This document shows positions 8,534 through 17,352 of a DNA stretch of 30,427 nucleotides, in pieces. The notes below the pieces were generated by a model. The model saw nothing but the letters and a program-made list of their open reading frames with translations, was not told where the DNA came from and ran no database searches. Every line of letters begins with the position of its first letter. The stretch's first letter is position 1. A program made the position numbers and the translations under genes. Source of the DNA: a virus (Duplodnaviria; Caudoviricetes); the IMG/VR virus record IMGVR_UViG_3300018420_000069, positions 1 to 30,427 of that record; one strand, given 5' to 3'.

Positions 8534-9122
8534 TTTAGTAAAAAAGCTGTTTGGCGATCCCGGAAACGATGAAGCAATAGAACGGCAAGAAAAAAGCAAC
8601 GAGCTGCTTCGGGAGTTTATAGCCAATCAAACGAATATGGCGCGAGCTGATATTCGTAATACGTTGCCGAGTATGCAAGCTGCAATGACAGCAGGCACTC
8701 AGGCTGGTATGGATATATACGGGCAGACTATGCCTCAACAGATGCAGGCTATGACCGGAGGAAATGTTGCTGCTCAAGGATCAATACTTGCTGGTATGCC
8801 AATGTACGAGCAAGCGATTCGTGGCGGTGCAATAGATTATAGTGCTTTGAAGCCATACCAAAATAGCATTGATATGTCTTTTGCTAATCAACAACTTCCA
8901 GAAGCTGTAGCGAATCCTGAATATATAGCTATGGAGGCTGGGCGAGTAGACCCAACAAGTCCATACATTAGTCCTAAGTTTCAGAATATGCAGCGCCAGA
9001 TGTTGCACAATCCAAATGTAGCGACTACCCAAGCCGCCTCTCTTGGCGGTCAGCAAATGCCTGACGATTTTGATTACGCTGGCTATGCTGAGTACGAGCA
9101 ACGAATGGGATACGATAGGTAA
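8526..9122 (+). CDS. Putative ejection/internal virion protein
   Basis: Q/M/A/G-rich; N-terminus resembles the gp7 N-terminal region; follows the GNAT gene. Confidence 0.55.
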   Translation: MTNLVKKLFGDPGNDEAIERQEKSNELLREFIANQTNMARADIRNTLPSMQAAMTAGTQAGMDIYGQTMPQQMQAMTGGNVAAQGSILAGMPMYEQAIRGGAIDYSALKPYQNSIDMSFANQQLPEAVANPEYIAMEAGRVDPTSPYISPKFQNMQRQMLHNPNVATTQAASLGGQQMPDDFDYAGYAEYEQRMGYDR

Positions 9123-9127
9123 CCAAA

Positions 9128-12100
9128 ATGGCTAGAACAAGAGAAGATATGGAAGCAATGATCTCCGAGAGATTAGCTAACGATCCAAGTTTGCAAGGTT
9201 TGGGTGGTAACTTCCAGCCGCCAGCAACCATTCCCGGCGCTGATCCCATTACTACAGCGATGCGATTGAATAACTCTGGACAGCCTATCCCAGAAAATTT
9301 ACAGCGTGATGTTCTTTCTTATGCTTCTGCTCAAGGTATGGGCGCTGCTGATTTGGAGAATATGTTCGGTATGCCTGCTGGCACTGTGCAGAGTGCAGTG
9401 CAAAGTCTAGGTATTGCCGATCAGGTTCCGCAAAATCTTGGTGGTACTGGCGTTCCTGCAATGCCAAATCCCGCAACAACGGGCGGGCCGAGCAGAGGTG
9501 CTACTGGCACAGAATTTACTAATGTTCCTCCTGATCCCGCAAGTTACAGAGATCAACGCCGTAGACTTCGGGAAGGACAGCAAGCAGGTCTTAACGCGCA
9601 ACAAAATCACCCAAGAATGGGAGAATTACAAGCACTTGGAAACGTCCTTCAGCAGATCGGGCCAAATGATCCGAGGTATGCAGACCTAACAAAACAATAT
9701 CAAGATTTAGGAAACGCAATTAACGTAGACGCTCAAAGAGCGCAGCAAAGTGCTTTAGGAAACGGTCAAGACCAAAAAGGCTCTGGCGCAACCAATGGCG
9801 GAGGCGCAACAACACAAGCTGGAGGCGCTGCTGAAAAAACGCCAATCCAGAAGGTGCAAGATTTTATAGCTCAAGGCGGTAAGTCAGATAGAGACATCTA
9901 TCGTGAGATAGTGAAGCAAGGTGTTGATTTAGGCGAAATTGCTAATGCAGTCGGTGTGCCGTTAGATGAAGCTACAGCAAGATTTACCAGAGCTAAAGAG
10001 CTTGAGCAGATAGATGAATATGCGGCTATGGGGCCGGAAGCTGTAGCAAAAGAGTTTCCCAATGGCGTACCAGACAACCTAATTGCTAGGTACATCAACG
10101 AAACAGGACAAGATGACACAGCCATAGCGGCAACGATGGATCGTTTTGGTGTTACTCCTGACGATGTGGCTAGAGCTACTGGAAAGCCGTTGGCTGAGGT
10201 GCAGCAGAGATATAGCACCGCCAGAGGCGATACAGTGAAAACTGGTGGCACTGGAGGTGGCGCTGAAACTGTGCAGACTCCTGCGTCTACAACTGCTCAA
10301 GCTGGACGCGCAGGATCAGCAGGACAGACAGGACTTGCTGGCGCTGAAAGAGCGGCGGGTTTAGGTTTGGCTGGAGCGAATCAGGCAATTGCTGGAGGCG
10401 TTGATCAAGCTAGACAAGACGTATTAGATGCAACTCAGTTGGCCCGTGGTGATATTGCAAACGCTGCTCAGCAAGCTGGTGGTGCAGTCCAAACAGGAAC
10501 TCAGCAAGGCTTACAAGCTCTCACGGCTGGTTTACAGTCTGGACAGACAGATATATCTGGTGGGACAAATCAAGGTCTTCAGGCTTTAGCGGCAGGACTT
10601 CAATCTGGTCAGCAAAACGTACAGCAAGGCGCACAGGCTGGATTACAGGCACTTAGTCAAGGTCTTGGAGTTGCGAGAGGTGATATAGCTTCTGGAACTG
10701 CGGCTGGATTACAGGCTCTTGGTCAAGGCATTGGCGTTGGAAGGCAGGATATTGCTCAAGGCACTGCTGCGGGTCTACAGGCTTTAGGTCAAGGACTAGG
10801 AACCGCAAGAGGAGATATAGCTTCAGGAGCGCAGGCTGGTTTAGCGGCGTTACAGCAAGGTCTAGCAACAGGCAGAGGCGATATACAATCTGGAACGCAG
10901 GCTGGCATAGGAGCTTTACAGGCTGGTGTAGATACAGCCAGAGGAGACATAACAAGAGGCGCTCAAACTGGCCTACAGGCTCTAGGAACAGGATTAGAAA
11001 CAGCAAGGCAAGATATTCGGTCAGGAACTCAGACTGGCTTAGGAGAGCTTGCAGCAGGTTTTGGAGGCGCTAGAGGAGATATACAGGCTGCTCAACAAGC
11101 TGCTGCACAACAGTTTGGTGCTGGTTTAGGCGATATTACCAGCGCTAGAGACTTGGCTTCTCAACAGATAGGTCAAGCGTTTGGAGCTGCTGGGCAAAGG
11201 TTTGATCCGTATTCTCAGATAGGTCAGCAAGCTCTACAGCAGCAAGCTGCGTTATCTGGTGCGCTAGGCGGAGAAGCCTTTAATCAGGCGTTCCAAGAAA
11301 GCCCACAGATGCAATTTTTGAGAGAGCAAGGCGAACGTGCCGCATTGCGTACAGCAGCCGCTAGAGGAGGTGTGGGTGGCGGTAACGTCATGAAGGAGCT
11401 GGCTAGGTTCAATACTGGTTTGGCCTCTCAAGACCTTCAGAGGCAAATACAGAACCTTCAGGCGTTAGGCGGTCAAGGACTACAGGCTGCTGGTCAGCAA
11501 GCGCAACTAGGATCGCAGGCCGGTCAATTGCAAGCTGGGCTGCAAACGGATGCGGCTAGACAGCTCGCTGCACAGCGTGGGCAACTTGCTCAGGCAGAGC
11601 TTGGTACAGGACAGCAGTTAGCAGGATTGCAGTCACAGCAAGCTCAGCAGGCGCTACAAGCCAGACTTCAAGAAGCTGTCAGGCTTGGTCAAATTAGTGA
11701 AACTGAGGCAACTCAGGCTTTACAGGCACAACAAAGAGCTGGAGAGCAAGCCGCTCAATTTGCTTATGGTCAAGGCCAGCAGGAGCTTCAGGCAAGACAA
11801 GCTGCTGGGCAACAGGCGGCTCAGTTGGCAGCCCAATCAGCAGCGCAACAGCAGCAAGCAACACAGAGAGCAGCAGAGCAGCAAGCCTCTATGGCATTCG
11901 GTGCTGGAGGCCAAGCTCAACAAGCGTTGCAACAAGCTGCTGCTGCAAGAGCCCAAATGGCTGCTAGAGGCGGCGAGCAAGGTTTGGCCGCTCTACAAAG
12001 AGCTGGAGAAATCTCTGGTCAGATGGCGTATGGAGCCGGAGGTCAAGGACTGCAAGCTCTGCAAAGAGCCGGAGAAACAGCCGGTCAAATGGCTTACGGA

Positions 12101-12697
12101 GCTGGTGGTCAAGGATTGCAGGCACTGCAAGAAGCTGGCATGGCAAGAGGTCAAATGGGTTTCCAAGCAGGTCAGGCTGGTTTAGGCGCGTTGACCGGAG
12201 CTGGATCGCAGCTTGCTGATATCTTTAGCGGTCGTGGGCTGGCTCTTTCTCAGCTTGCCAGTGGCGCAGGAAGACAGCTTGCTGACTACGGAATGACCGG
12301 AGCCTTACAAGGCGCACAGAACATCTACGGCACTGGTAGAGATATCTCTGCACAGCGCTTCAGAGCTGGTCAGGACATTGCGTCAAACATACAAGCGCAG
12401 ATGGCAGCTTTGGCTGGATTGCAGGAAAGTCAAGGTATTAACCAAAGCAATCTGTTAGGACAGCAGGCTGGAACTCTTGCAGGTATGCAAACCGGAGCCG
12501 CACAGAACACTGCTGGCCTGATAGGTCAAGCCGGTCAAAACCTAGCAGGCGCAGCTATGGGTCAAGCAAGTGCTTATAATCCCGCTAATCTTGGTGGCTT
12601 ACAAAATGTCGGCGGAATGCTGTCTGGTGAGACTACAAAAGCAATTGGAACAGGCATTGGCGGTAACATCGGAACAGTTATAGGCGCATTTGGGTAA
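9128..12697 (+). CDS. Large DNA transfer (ejection) protein with P22 gp7-like core and 22-aa repeats
   Basis: Core 'PYSQIGQQAL...SPQMQFLREQGERAALRTAAARGGVGGGNVMKELARFNTGLASQ' typical of gp7-like proteins; G/A/Q-rich; glycine-rich hydrophobic C-terminus. Confidence 0.7.
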   Translation: MARTREDMEAMISERLANDPSLQGLGGNFQPPATIPGADPITTAMRLNNSGQPIPENLQRDVLSYASAQGMGAADLENMFGMPAGTVQSAVQSLGIADQVPQNLGGTGVPAMPNPATTGGPSRGATGTEFTNVPPDPASYRDQRRRLREGQQAGLNAQQNHPRMGELQALGNVLQQIGPNDPRYADLTKQYQDLGNAINVDAQRAQQSALGNGQDQKGSGATNGGGATTQAGGAAEKTPIQKVQDFIAQGGKSDRDIYREIVKQGVDLGEIANAVGVPLDEATARFTRAKELEQIDEYAAMGPEAVAKEFPNGVPDNLIARYINETGQDDTAIAATMDRFGVTPDDVARATGKPLAEVQQRYSTARGDTVKTGGTGGGAETVQTPASTTAQAGRAGSAGQTGLAGAERAAGLGLAGANQAIAGGVDQARQDVLDATQLARGDIANAAQQAGGAVQTGTQQGLQALTAGLQSGQTDISGGTNQGLQALAAGLQSGQQNVQQGAQAGLQALSQGLGVARGDIASGTAAGLQALGQGIGVGRQDIAQGTAAGLQALGQGLGTARGDIASGAQAGLAALQQGLATGRGDIQSGTQAGIGALQAGVDTARGDITRGAQTGLQALGTGLETARQDIRSGTQTGLGELAAGFGGARGDIQAAQQAAAQQFGAGLGDITSARDLASQQIGQAFGAAGQRFDPYSQIGQQALQQQAALSGALGGEAFNQAFQESPQMQFLREQGERAALRTAAARGGVGGGNVMKELARFNTGLASQDLQRQIQNLQALGGQGLQAAGQQAQLGSQAGQLQAGLQTDAARQLAAQRGQLAQAELGTGQQLAGLQSQQAQQALQARLQEAVRLGQISETEATQALQAQQRAGEQAAQFAYGQGQQELQARQAAGQQAAQLAAQSAAQQQQATQRAAEQQASMAFGAGGQAQQALQQAAAARAQMAARGGEQGLAALQRAGEISGQMAYGAGGQGLQALQRAGETAGQMAYGAGGQGLQALQEAGMARGQMGFQAGQAGLGALTGAGSQLADIFSGRGLALSQLASGAGRQLADYGMTGALQGAQNIYGTGRDISAQRFRAGQDIASNIQAQMAALAGLQESQGINQSNLLGQQAGTLAGMQTGAAQNTAGLIGQAGQNLAGAAMGQASAYNPANLGGLQNVGGMLSGETTKAIGTGIGGNIGTVIGAFG
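10508..11101 (+). repeat. Nine tandem degenerate 66-bp (22-aa) repeats GLQAL..GL..ARGDI.SG.Q.
   Basis: Visible in translation: GLQALTAGLQSGQTDISGGTNQ, GLQALSQGLGVARGDIASGTAA, etc. Confidence 0.9.
11981..12244 (+). repeat. Second block of 22-aa repeats GLQALQRAGE..GQMAYGAGGQ
   Basis: 3-4 tandem copies in translation. Confidence 0.85.
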
Positions 12698-12706
12698 GGT
12701 GTAAAC

Positions 12707-13969
12707 ATGGTTGATGCATACGATCCTAACAAAATAGAAAACACAGAATTTACATCTCGCTCTGGCATGAGCAGCAGAGATGCTTTTTCAGTGCCGCGAG
12801 CTAGAGTAAGCGCCAGACAACTACCTAGAGATATTTTGCAAGCGGTTGGTAGTGGTGTTCTTTCTGGTTTTGGTGTAGATCGCCCGTTGAGAGTAGAGAA
12901 AAGACAAGCGCAGCTTACTCAAGGAACAATTCAAGATGCTCGTCAAATTAAAAGAGCTTTAGAAAACGAAAACACCAATGAAGCTATAAGCATATTAGTT
13001 GACAGAATGAACATCTTGCATCGAATGGGTGAAGATGAATCTGACACTAGAATGTTGCGTGATGCGTTAGTTGCTGGAAGACCTGACGTTGTTATGAGAG
13101 AAGTAAACACTTTCTTAAACAACCTTCCGGTAGAGTATATCGATCCTGATATGGTTACAGAGCAAGGCCAAATGATAAGCCGCAGAGCTGGTGGAGCGCC
13201 TACTGCTGAGGCTGTTGGTGGGTTTGAGGTCAAGCCTGAAGAGCAATATAGGCCACTCACAGAAGGCGAAATAGCTTTGTATCGCCTTGATCCAAAAGGT
13301 TCTTATCGGATGAACGTAAGGACTGGAAAGCCAGAAAGAATAGGTTCTGGTGGAACTACTATTAATATGCCGCAAGTAGGAAGCATTCCTACCGGTTATA
13401 GAGCTGTATACAACGATCAAGGTCAGGTAGAAAGCTATGAGTTGATACCGGGCAGTCCAGAAGCGCAACAACAAGCTGAATCAGAGTCCCAAGAACAGCA
13501 GCGGACAGGACAACGCGCAACTTATGTTGATGTTGTTTTAGACGAGATTTCATCTGTAAGAAACATGGTGGAGAATCAAGGCCCGCTTACTCCTGTGACT
13601 GGATTTATGGGCGCTAGAATGCGTTCAGTAGAAGGATCGCCTGCCTTTGATATGGCGCAAAGAATTAGCACTATCAAAGGAAACACAGCATTCACACGAT
13701 TAGAGCAAATGAGAGAAGCCAGCAAAACTGGCGGTGCGTTAGGAAGCATTACAGAAGGAGAATTGGAGCTTTTATCTAATACTCTAGGTGCGTTGAATCC
13801 AGATATGTCTGATGCAGAGTTTTTGCGTACTCTGACAAGATTAGAGGAAACGTATACCAATATAATGAACAAGCTGATGCAAGAGCCAGAGATAGCCAGA
13901 CAATATGGTATTGAGGTTCCATCACTACAAAACGATCCTCTTGATTTATTTTCTCCGAGAAGACCATGA
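12707..13969 (+). CDS. Putative ejection protein (gp20-like position)
   Basis: C-terminal 'LEQMREASKTGGALGSITEGELELL..LGAL' motif seen in podovirus internal proteins; synteny. Confidence 0.6.
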   Translation: MVDAYDPNKIENTEFTSRSGMSSRDAFSVPRARVSARQLPRDILQAVGSGVLSGFGVDRPLRVEKRQAQLTQGTIQDARQIKRALENENTNEAISILVDRMNILHRMGEDESDTRMLRDALVAGRPDVVMREVNTFLNNLPVEYIDPDMVTEQGQMISRRAGGAPTAEAVGGFEVKPEEQYRPLTEGEIALYRLDPKGSYRMNVRTGKPERIGSGGTTINMPQVGSIPTGYRAVYNDQGQVESYELIPGSPEAQQQAESESQEQQRTGQRATYVDVVLDEISSVRNMVENQGPLTPVTGFMGARMRSVEGSPAFDMAQRISTIKGNTAFTRLEQMREASKTGGALGSITEGELELLSNTLGALNPDMSDAEFLRTLTRLEETYTNIMNKLMQEPEIARQYGIEVPSLQNDPLDLFSPRRP

Positions 13970-15579
13970 GCGAAAAATTAGATTTATTTAAGCAAAGATA
14001 TCCTGATTATCAGAATGTCTCAAATGCTCAGTTAGCTCACGCATTATGGAATGCAGAGTATAAAGACAAAATGCCAATGGGTATTTTTGCTGATTCTCTG
14101 GAGCTTACGGATGATGAGTTTGGTGAAATGATCGGTTTTGCAAGTCAAAGCGGATACGAGCCAACCACGATGTCTGGTGGCGGCGTTACTCCGGGCGCTA
14201 GAGCCGCAACTGCTGCCAGAGGATTTTCTATGGGAGCTGCGGAAAATGCTGCCGCAGCGTTGATGGCAACTAAAGATAGAGTTGGCAGGTTTGTAAGAGG
14301 AGAAGAACAAAAACCTTTTGGCGAAGATTTTAATGATTATCTTGGTCTTACTAGAAATCTTATTGAAGAATATCAAAAAGAACGGCCTTACGAGGCTTTC
14401 TTTATGGAAATGGTTCCGGCTTTAGCTTCAGGCATTGGTGTAGAAAGAGCTATAGCTGGAGGAGTTCCAAGAGTAGCTATGGGAACATCACCAAGCGTTG
14501 CAAGAACAGCGGCAACTTCTGGAACCGCTGGCGGAGTTTACGGATTTGCAACTGGAGAGCCGGGAGAAAGGTTAGAAAGTGCTTTTGAATTAGCTATACC
14601 TTCAACATTTTTTGGTGGTGTCAGTCAAATAGGATTAAATTTTGCCGCTCCAGCCATAAGAAGTATTGGTAGGTCTTTTGGCAGAAGAATGCAGCAGTTT
14701 GACAGCAATCCTACTGTAGAGGCTGCTAGAGCTTTGAAAAACGACATCTATGAAAAAGCTACCAATGCCGGAATAGTTTATGACGTTCCTGCAATGAGAA
14801 GTCTTTACAACAAAGCAAGAAGGTTTGTTGCCGATGAAGGCACATATAGTCCTGAAGTAGACGATCAAATGACTGCTGCTTTGAAGATGTTAAAAAATTA
14901 TTCAAAAAAACCGCAAAATCTTATTCAGTTAGAAAAGCTCAGAAGAGCAATGTACGACAGATATAGGAAAAGTAATTATACGGATCAATCTATACGAGAG
15001 CTAACACATATAATAGATGAAACTATTGAAAATTTTGGAAGTGGAGATGCCAATATAATTAAGTCTGCAAGATTGGCTAATTCTCGATTCAAAAAAGCTG
15101 AGCTGATAAACGAAGCGTTTGAAAAAGCGCAAAGGTCAGCCGGCTCTTCTGGTTCTGGTGGGAATGTAATCAATAGGTACAAACAAGTAATCAACAGCAT
15201 ACTAAATGACAAGAAACAAATGAGGTTTTTTACTAAAGAAGAAGAAAAAGCAATGCTTGACTTTGTTAATTTTACAACTGGAGAGCAGTTGTCACGGCTT
15301 GGCGCGAAACTTGATCCAACTTCAGGTGGTTTAATGCAAGCATTAGCAATAGGTGGCGCATATGCTGATCTTGGAACTACAGCATCAATTGCAATACCTG
15401 CTTCAATTGTTAGAAGAGGATTAGAACAGAAAACTACAGAAGGAGCTGAGGCTCTTGTAGAGAGAATGGCGACAGGACAAATGCCAACAACAAGAGCGGT
15501 AAGAACACCATCAACAGTTATGCCGCAAGCAATAGAAGAGTATGAAAGAGAGACAGAGCGTTTAAGAGGCGATATATAA
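13966..15579 (+). CDS. Putative ejection protein (gp16-like position)
   Basis: N-terminal 'FKQRYPDY..VSNAQLAHAL', Gly/Ala hydrophobic stretches, helical C-terminal part; synteny. Confidence 0.6.
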   Translation: MSEKLDLFKQRYPDYQNVSNAQLAHALWNAEYKDKMPMGIFADSLELTDDEFGEMIGFASQSGYEPTTMSGGGVTPGARAATAARGFSMGAAENAAAALMATKDRVGRFVRGEEQKPFGEDFNDYLGLTRNLIEEYQKERPYEAFFMEMVPALASGIGVERAIAGGVPRVAMGTSPSVARTAATSGTAGGVYGFATGEPGERLESAFELAIPSTFFGGVSQIGLNFAAPAIRSIGRSFGRRMQQFDSNPTVEAARALKNDIYEKATNAGIVYDVPAMRSLYNKARRFVADEGTYSPEVDDQMTAALKMLKNYSKKPQNLIQLEKLRRAMYDRYRKSNYTDQSIRELTHIIDETIENFGSGDANIIKSARLANSRFKKAELINEAFEKAQRSAGSSGSGGNVINRYKQVINSILNDKKQMRFFTKEEEKAMLDFVNFTTGEQLSRLGAKLDPTSGGLMQALAIGGAYADLGTTASIAIPASIVRRGLEQKTTEGAEALVERMATGQMPTTRAVRTPSTVMPQAIEEYERETERLRGDI

Positions 15580-17036
15580 TGGCTAGATTTGGCGAGATAA
15601 ACGCACAATACTTTGATGACGCTGGCGATCCGCTCAGCAGCGGTAAGATATATTTCTACGAGTCTGGCACTACCACGCCAAAGACAACGTATAGCGACAT
15701 TAACTTTACTATTCCTAACACGAATCCGGTAGTGCTAACAGCGGCTGGCAGGCAGCCAAACATATTCTTTGATGGTGTCGCTAAGGCGATACTGGTAGAC
15801 AAGAATGATGTTCAGATACTGGTTAGAGACCCAGTAGGCCAGACGGCAAGCTCGTTTGGTGATCCGTGGGTTGCTACCAAGATTTACTCTACCAATTCGG
15901 TAGTGATAGGCAGTGACGGTGTTTACTACCGATCTCTGGTTCCATCTAACCAGAACAACAATCCTACTACTACCACAGGATACTGGTCATTACTGTACTC
16001 GGTAGAATGGAACGCTGGAATAACCTATCAGGAAGGCGCTGTAGTTTCCTATAACGGTGAGCAATACCAGAGCCTGCAAAGCAGCAATCTAAACAACAAT
16101 CCATCTACCGCGTCAGCGTACTGGGTACTGCTTAGCTTTGCGTGGATATCCACTAGAACCTACGATCTGAACCAGAATGCAGTTGGCACTGATGGTATTC
16201 TGTATACATCTCGGCAAGGCGGTAACGTAGGCAATGATCCTACCGATCCTGCGAACCGTCCTACCTACTGGGTAGGCACATCTGCTGACGCTGCTGTTAG
16301 TGCTTTGGCGGCGGCTAATTCGGCAACAGCTAGTGCTAACTCTGCCACGGCATCCGCCAACTCAGCCGCAAATAGTCAGACCTATTCTGTAAACAGCGCA
16401 AATTCTGCGGCAGCGTCAGCGAACTCGGCAACAGATAGCCAAACTTATGCCACAAATAGCGCGAACTCAGCGACTGCTAGTGCCAATTCCGCCACAAATA
16501 GCGCGAACAGTGCTACGGCTAGTGCGAACTCCGCTACGGCGGCAGCAAACAGCGCAACTGACGCAGAGAACACGCTGGATGAATTTCAGGATATTTACTT
16601 AGGAGCTAAGTCTGCCGATCCCACAACCGATAATGACGGCAATCCGCTTCAGACGGGCGCTCTGTACTTTAATACAACGTCAACAACATTTCGGGTATAT
16701 AATGGCACTAGCTGGCAGAACACCGCAGACATCGCCACAAGCATCCTCTGGAGCCAGATAACTAATGCTCCAGACTTTACCGGCGAGGTAAATAAGTACC
16801 TGAAGTCTAACGGTTCTAGCATGACTTGGGAGATTGTAGCGGACGAGATACCGTCACAAACTGGTCATGCTGGTGAGTTTTTGACAACTAATGGAACCGT
16901 ATTGAGCTGGGCAGAAACGCTGCCAGACCAAACTGGTAACGCAGGAAAATACTTAACTACTGATGGTTCTACGACATCGTGGGCTACAGTTGAATCATTT
17001 GCAGAGAGCAAGGCTTACTTCTTTTCAGGATTTTGA
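15579..17036 (+). CDS. Tail fibre/tailspike adaptor: virion-binding N-domain, CBM5/12-like repeats, heptad stalk
   Basis: 'QYFDDAGDPLSSGKIYFYESGTTTPKTTYSD...NTNPVVL' N-domain; three W...Y....V...G..Y.S repeats; ANSATAS heptads; 'YLGAKSADPTTDNDGNPLQTGALYFNT'; PxQTGxAGxxLTTxG repeats. Confidence 0.8.
   Translation: MARFGEINAQYFDDAGDPLSSGKIYFYESGTTTPKTTYSDINFTIPNTNPVVLTAAGRQPNIFFDGVAKAILVDKNDVQILVRDPVGQTASSFGDPWVATKIYSTNSVVIGSDGVYYRSLVPSNQNNNPTTTTGYWSLLYSVEWNAGITYQEGAVVSYNGEQYQSLQSSNLNNNPSTASAYWVLLSFAWISTRTYDLNQNAVGTDGILYTSRQGGNVGNDPTDPANRPTYWVGTSADAAVSALAAANSATASANSATASANSAANSQTYSVNSANSAAASANSATDSQTYATNSANSATASANSATNSANSATASANSATAAANSATDAENTLDEFQDIYLGAKSADPTTDNDGNPLQTGALYFNTTSTTFRVYNGTSWQNTADIATSILWSQITNAPDFTGEVNKYLKSNGSSMTWEIVADEIPSQTGHAGEFLTTNGTVLSWAETLPDQTGNAGKYLTTDGSTTSWATVESFAESKAYFFSGF
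16308..16562 (+). repeat. 7-aa (21-bp) tandem repeat (A/S)ANSATAS, about 11 copies
   Basis: Translation AANSATASANSATASANSAANSQTY...; synonymous codons differ between copies. Confidence 0.9.
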
Positions 17037-17038
17037 TT

Positions 17039-17350
17039 ATGGCTACTGGAACTCTAGGACAATCAGCACTTACGGCGGCTACAGATACTACGGTCTACAC
17101 AGTCCCGGTTTCTAATACTGCTACGTTTAACGTAAATATTACTAATCCCAATGTTAGCGTTGCGGTCATTCGTTTGGCTGTAGCGGCTTCTGGAACACCG
17201 ACTCAAGCTGAATACTTGGAGTATGATGTCGCGTTGGGGCAAGGCGATGTCCTTGAGAGAACAGGAATAGTCGCATCATCTGGCAAAAATATAGTAGCCA
17301 ATTCAACCATAGATAATGTCACCGTTAATGTTTACGGATACGAGGCTTAA
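17039..17350 (+). CDS. Small tail-associated beta-sandwich protein
   Basis: 'MATGTLGQSALTAATDTTVYTVP...YLEYD...LERTGIV...VNVYGYE' is common in aquatic phage tail clusters; ATG 17039 preferred. Confidence 0.7.
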   Translation: MATGTLGQSALTAATDTTVYTVPVSNTATFNVNITNPNVSVAVIRLAVAASGTPTQAEYLEYDVALGQGDVLERTGIVASSGKNIVANSTIDNVTVNVYGYEA

Positions 17351-17352
17351 AA

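Noticed and set aside
10508-12244. Regularly spaced repeats as a CRISPR array or DGR template/variable pair
   Set aside because: The repeats are in-frame and degenerate at synonymous positions, with no unique spacers. There is no adenine-specific variation and no reverse transcriptase or cas gene in the window.
14985-15608. 207-aa minus-strand ORF and the many other antisense or shadow ORFs in the track
   Set aside because: They lie opposite or inside well-supported genes and show no motifs or SD; they are expected codon-bias shadows.
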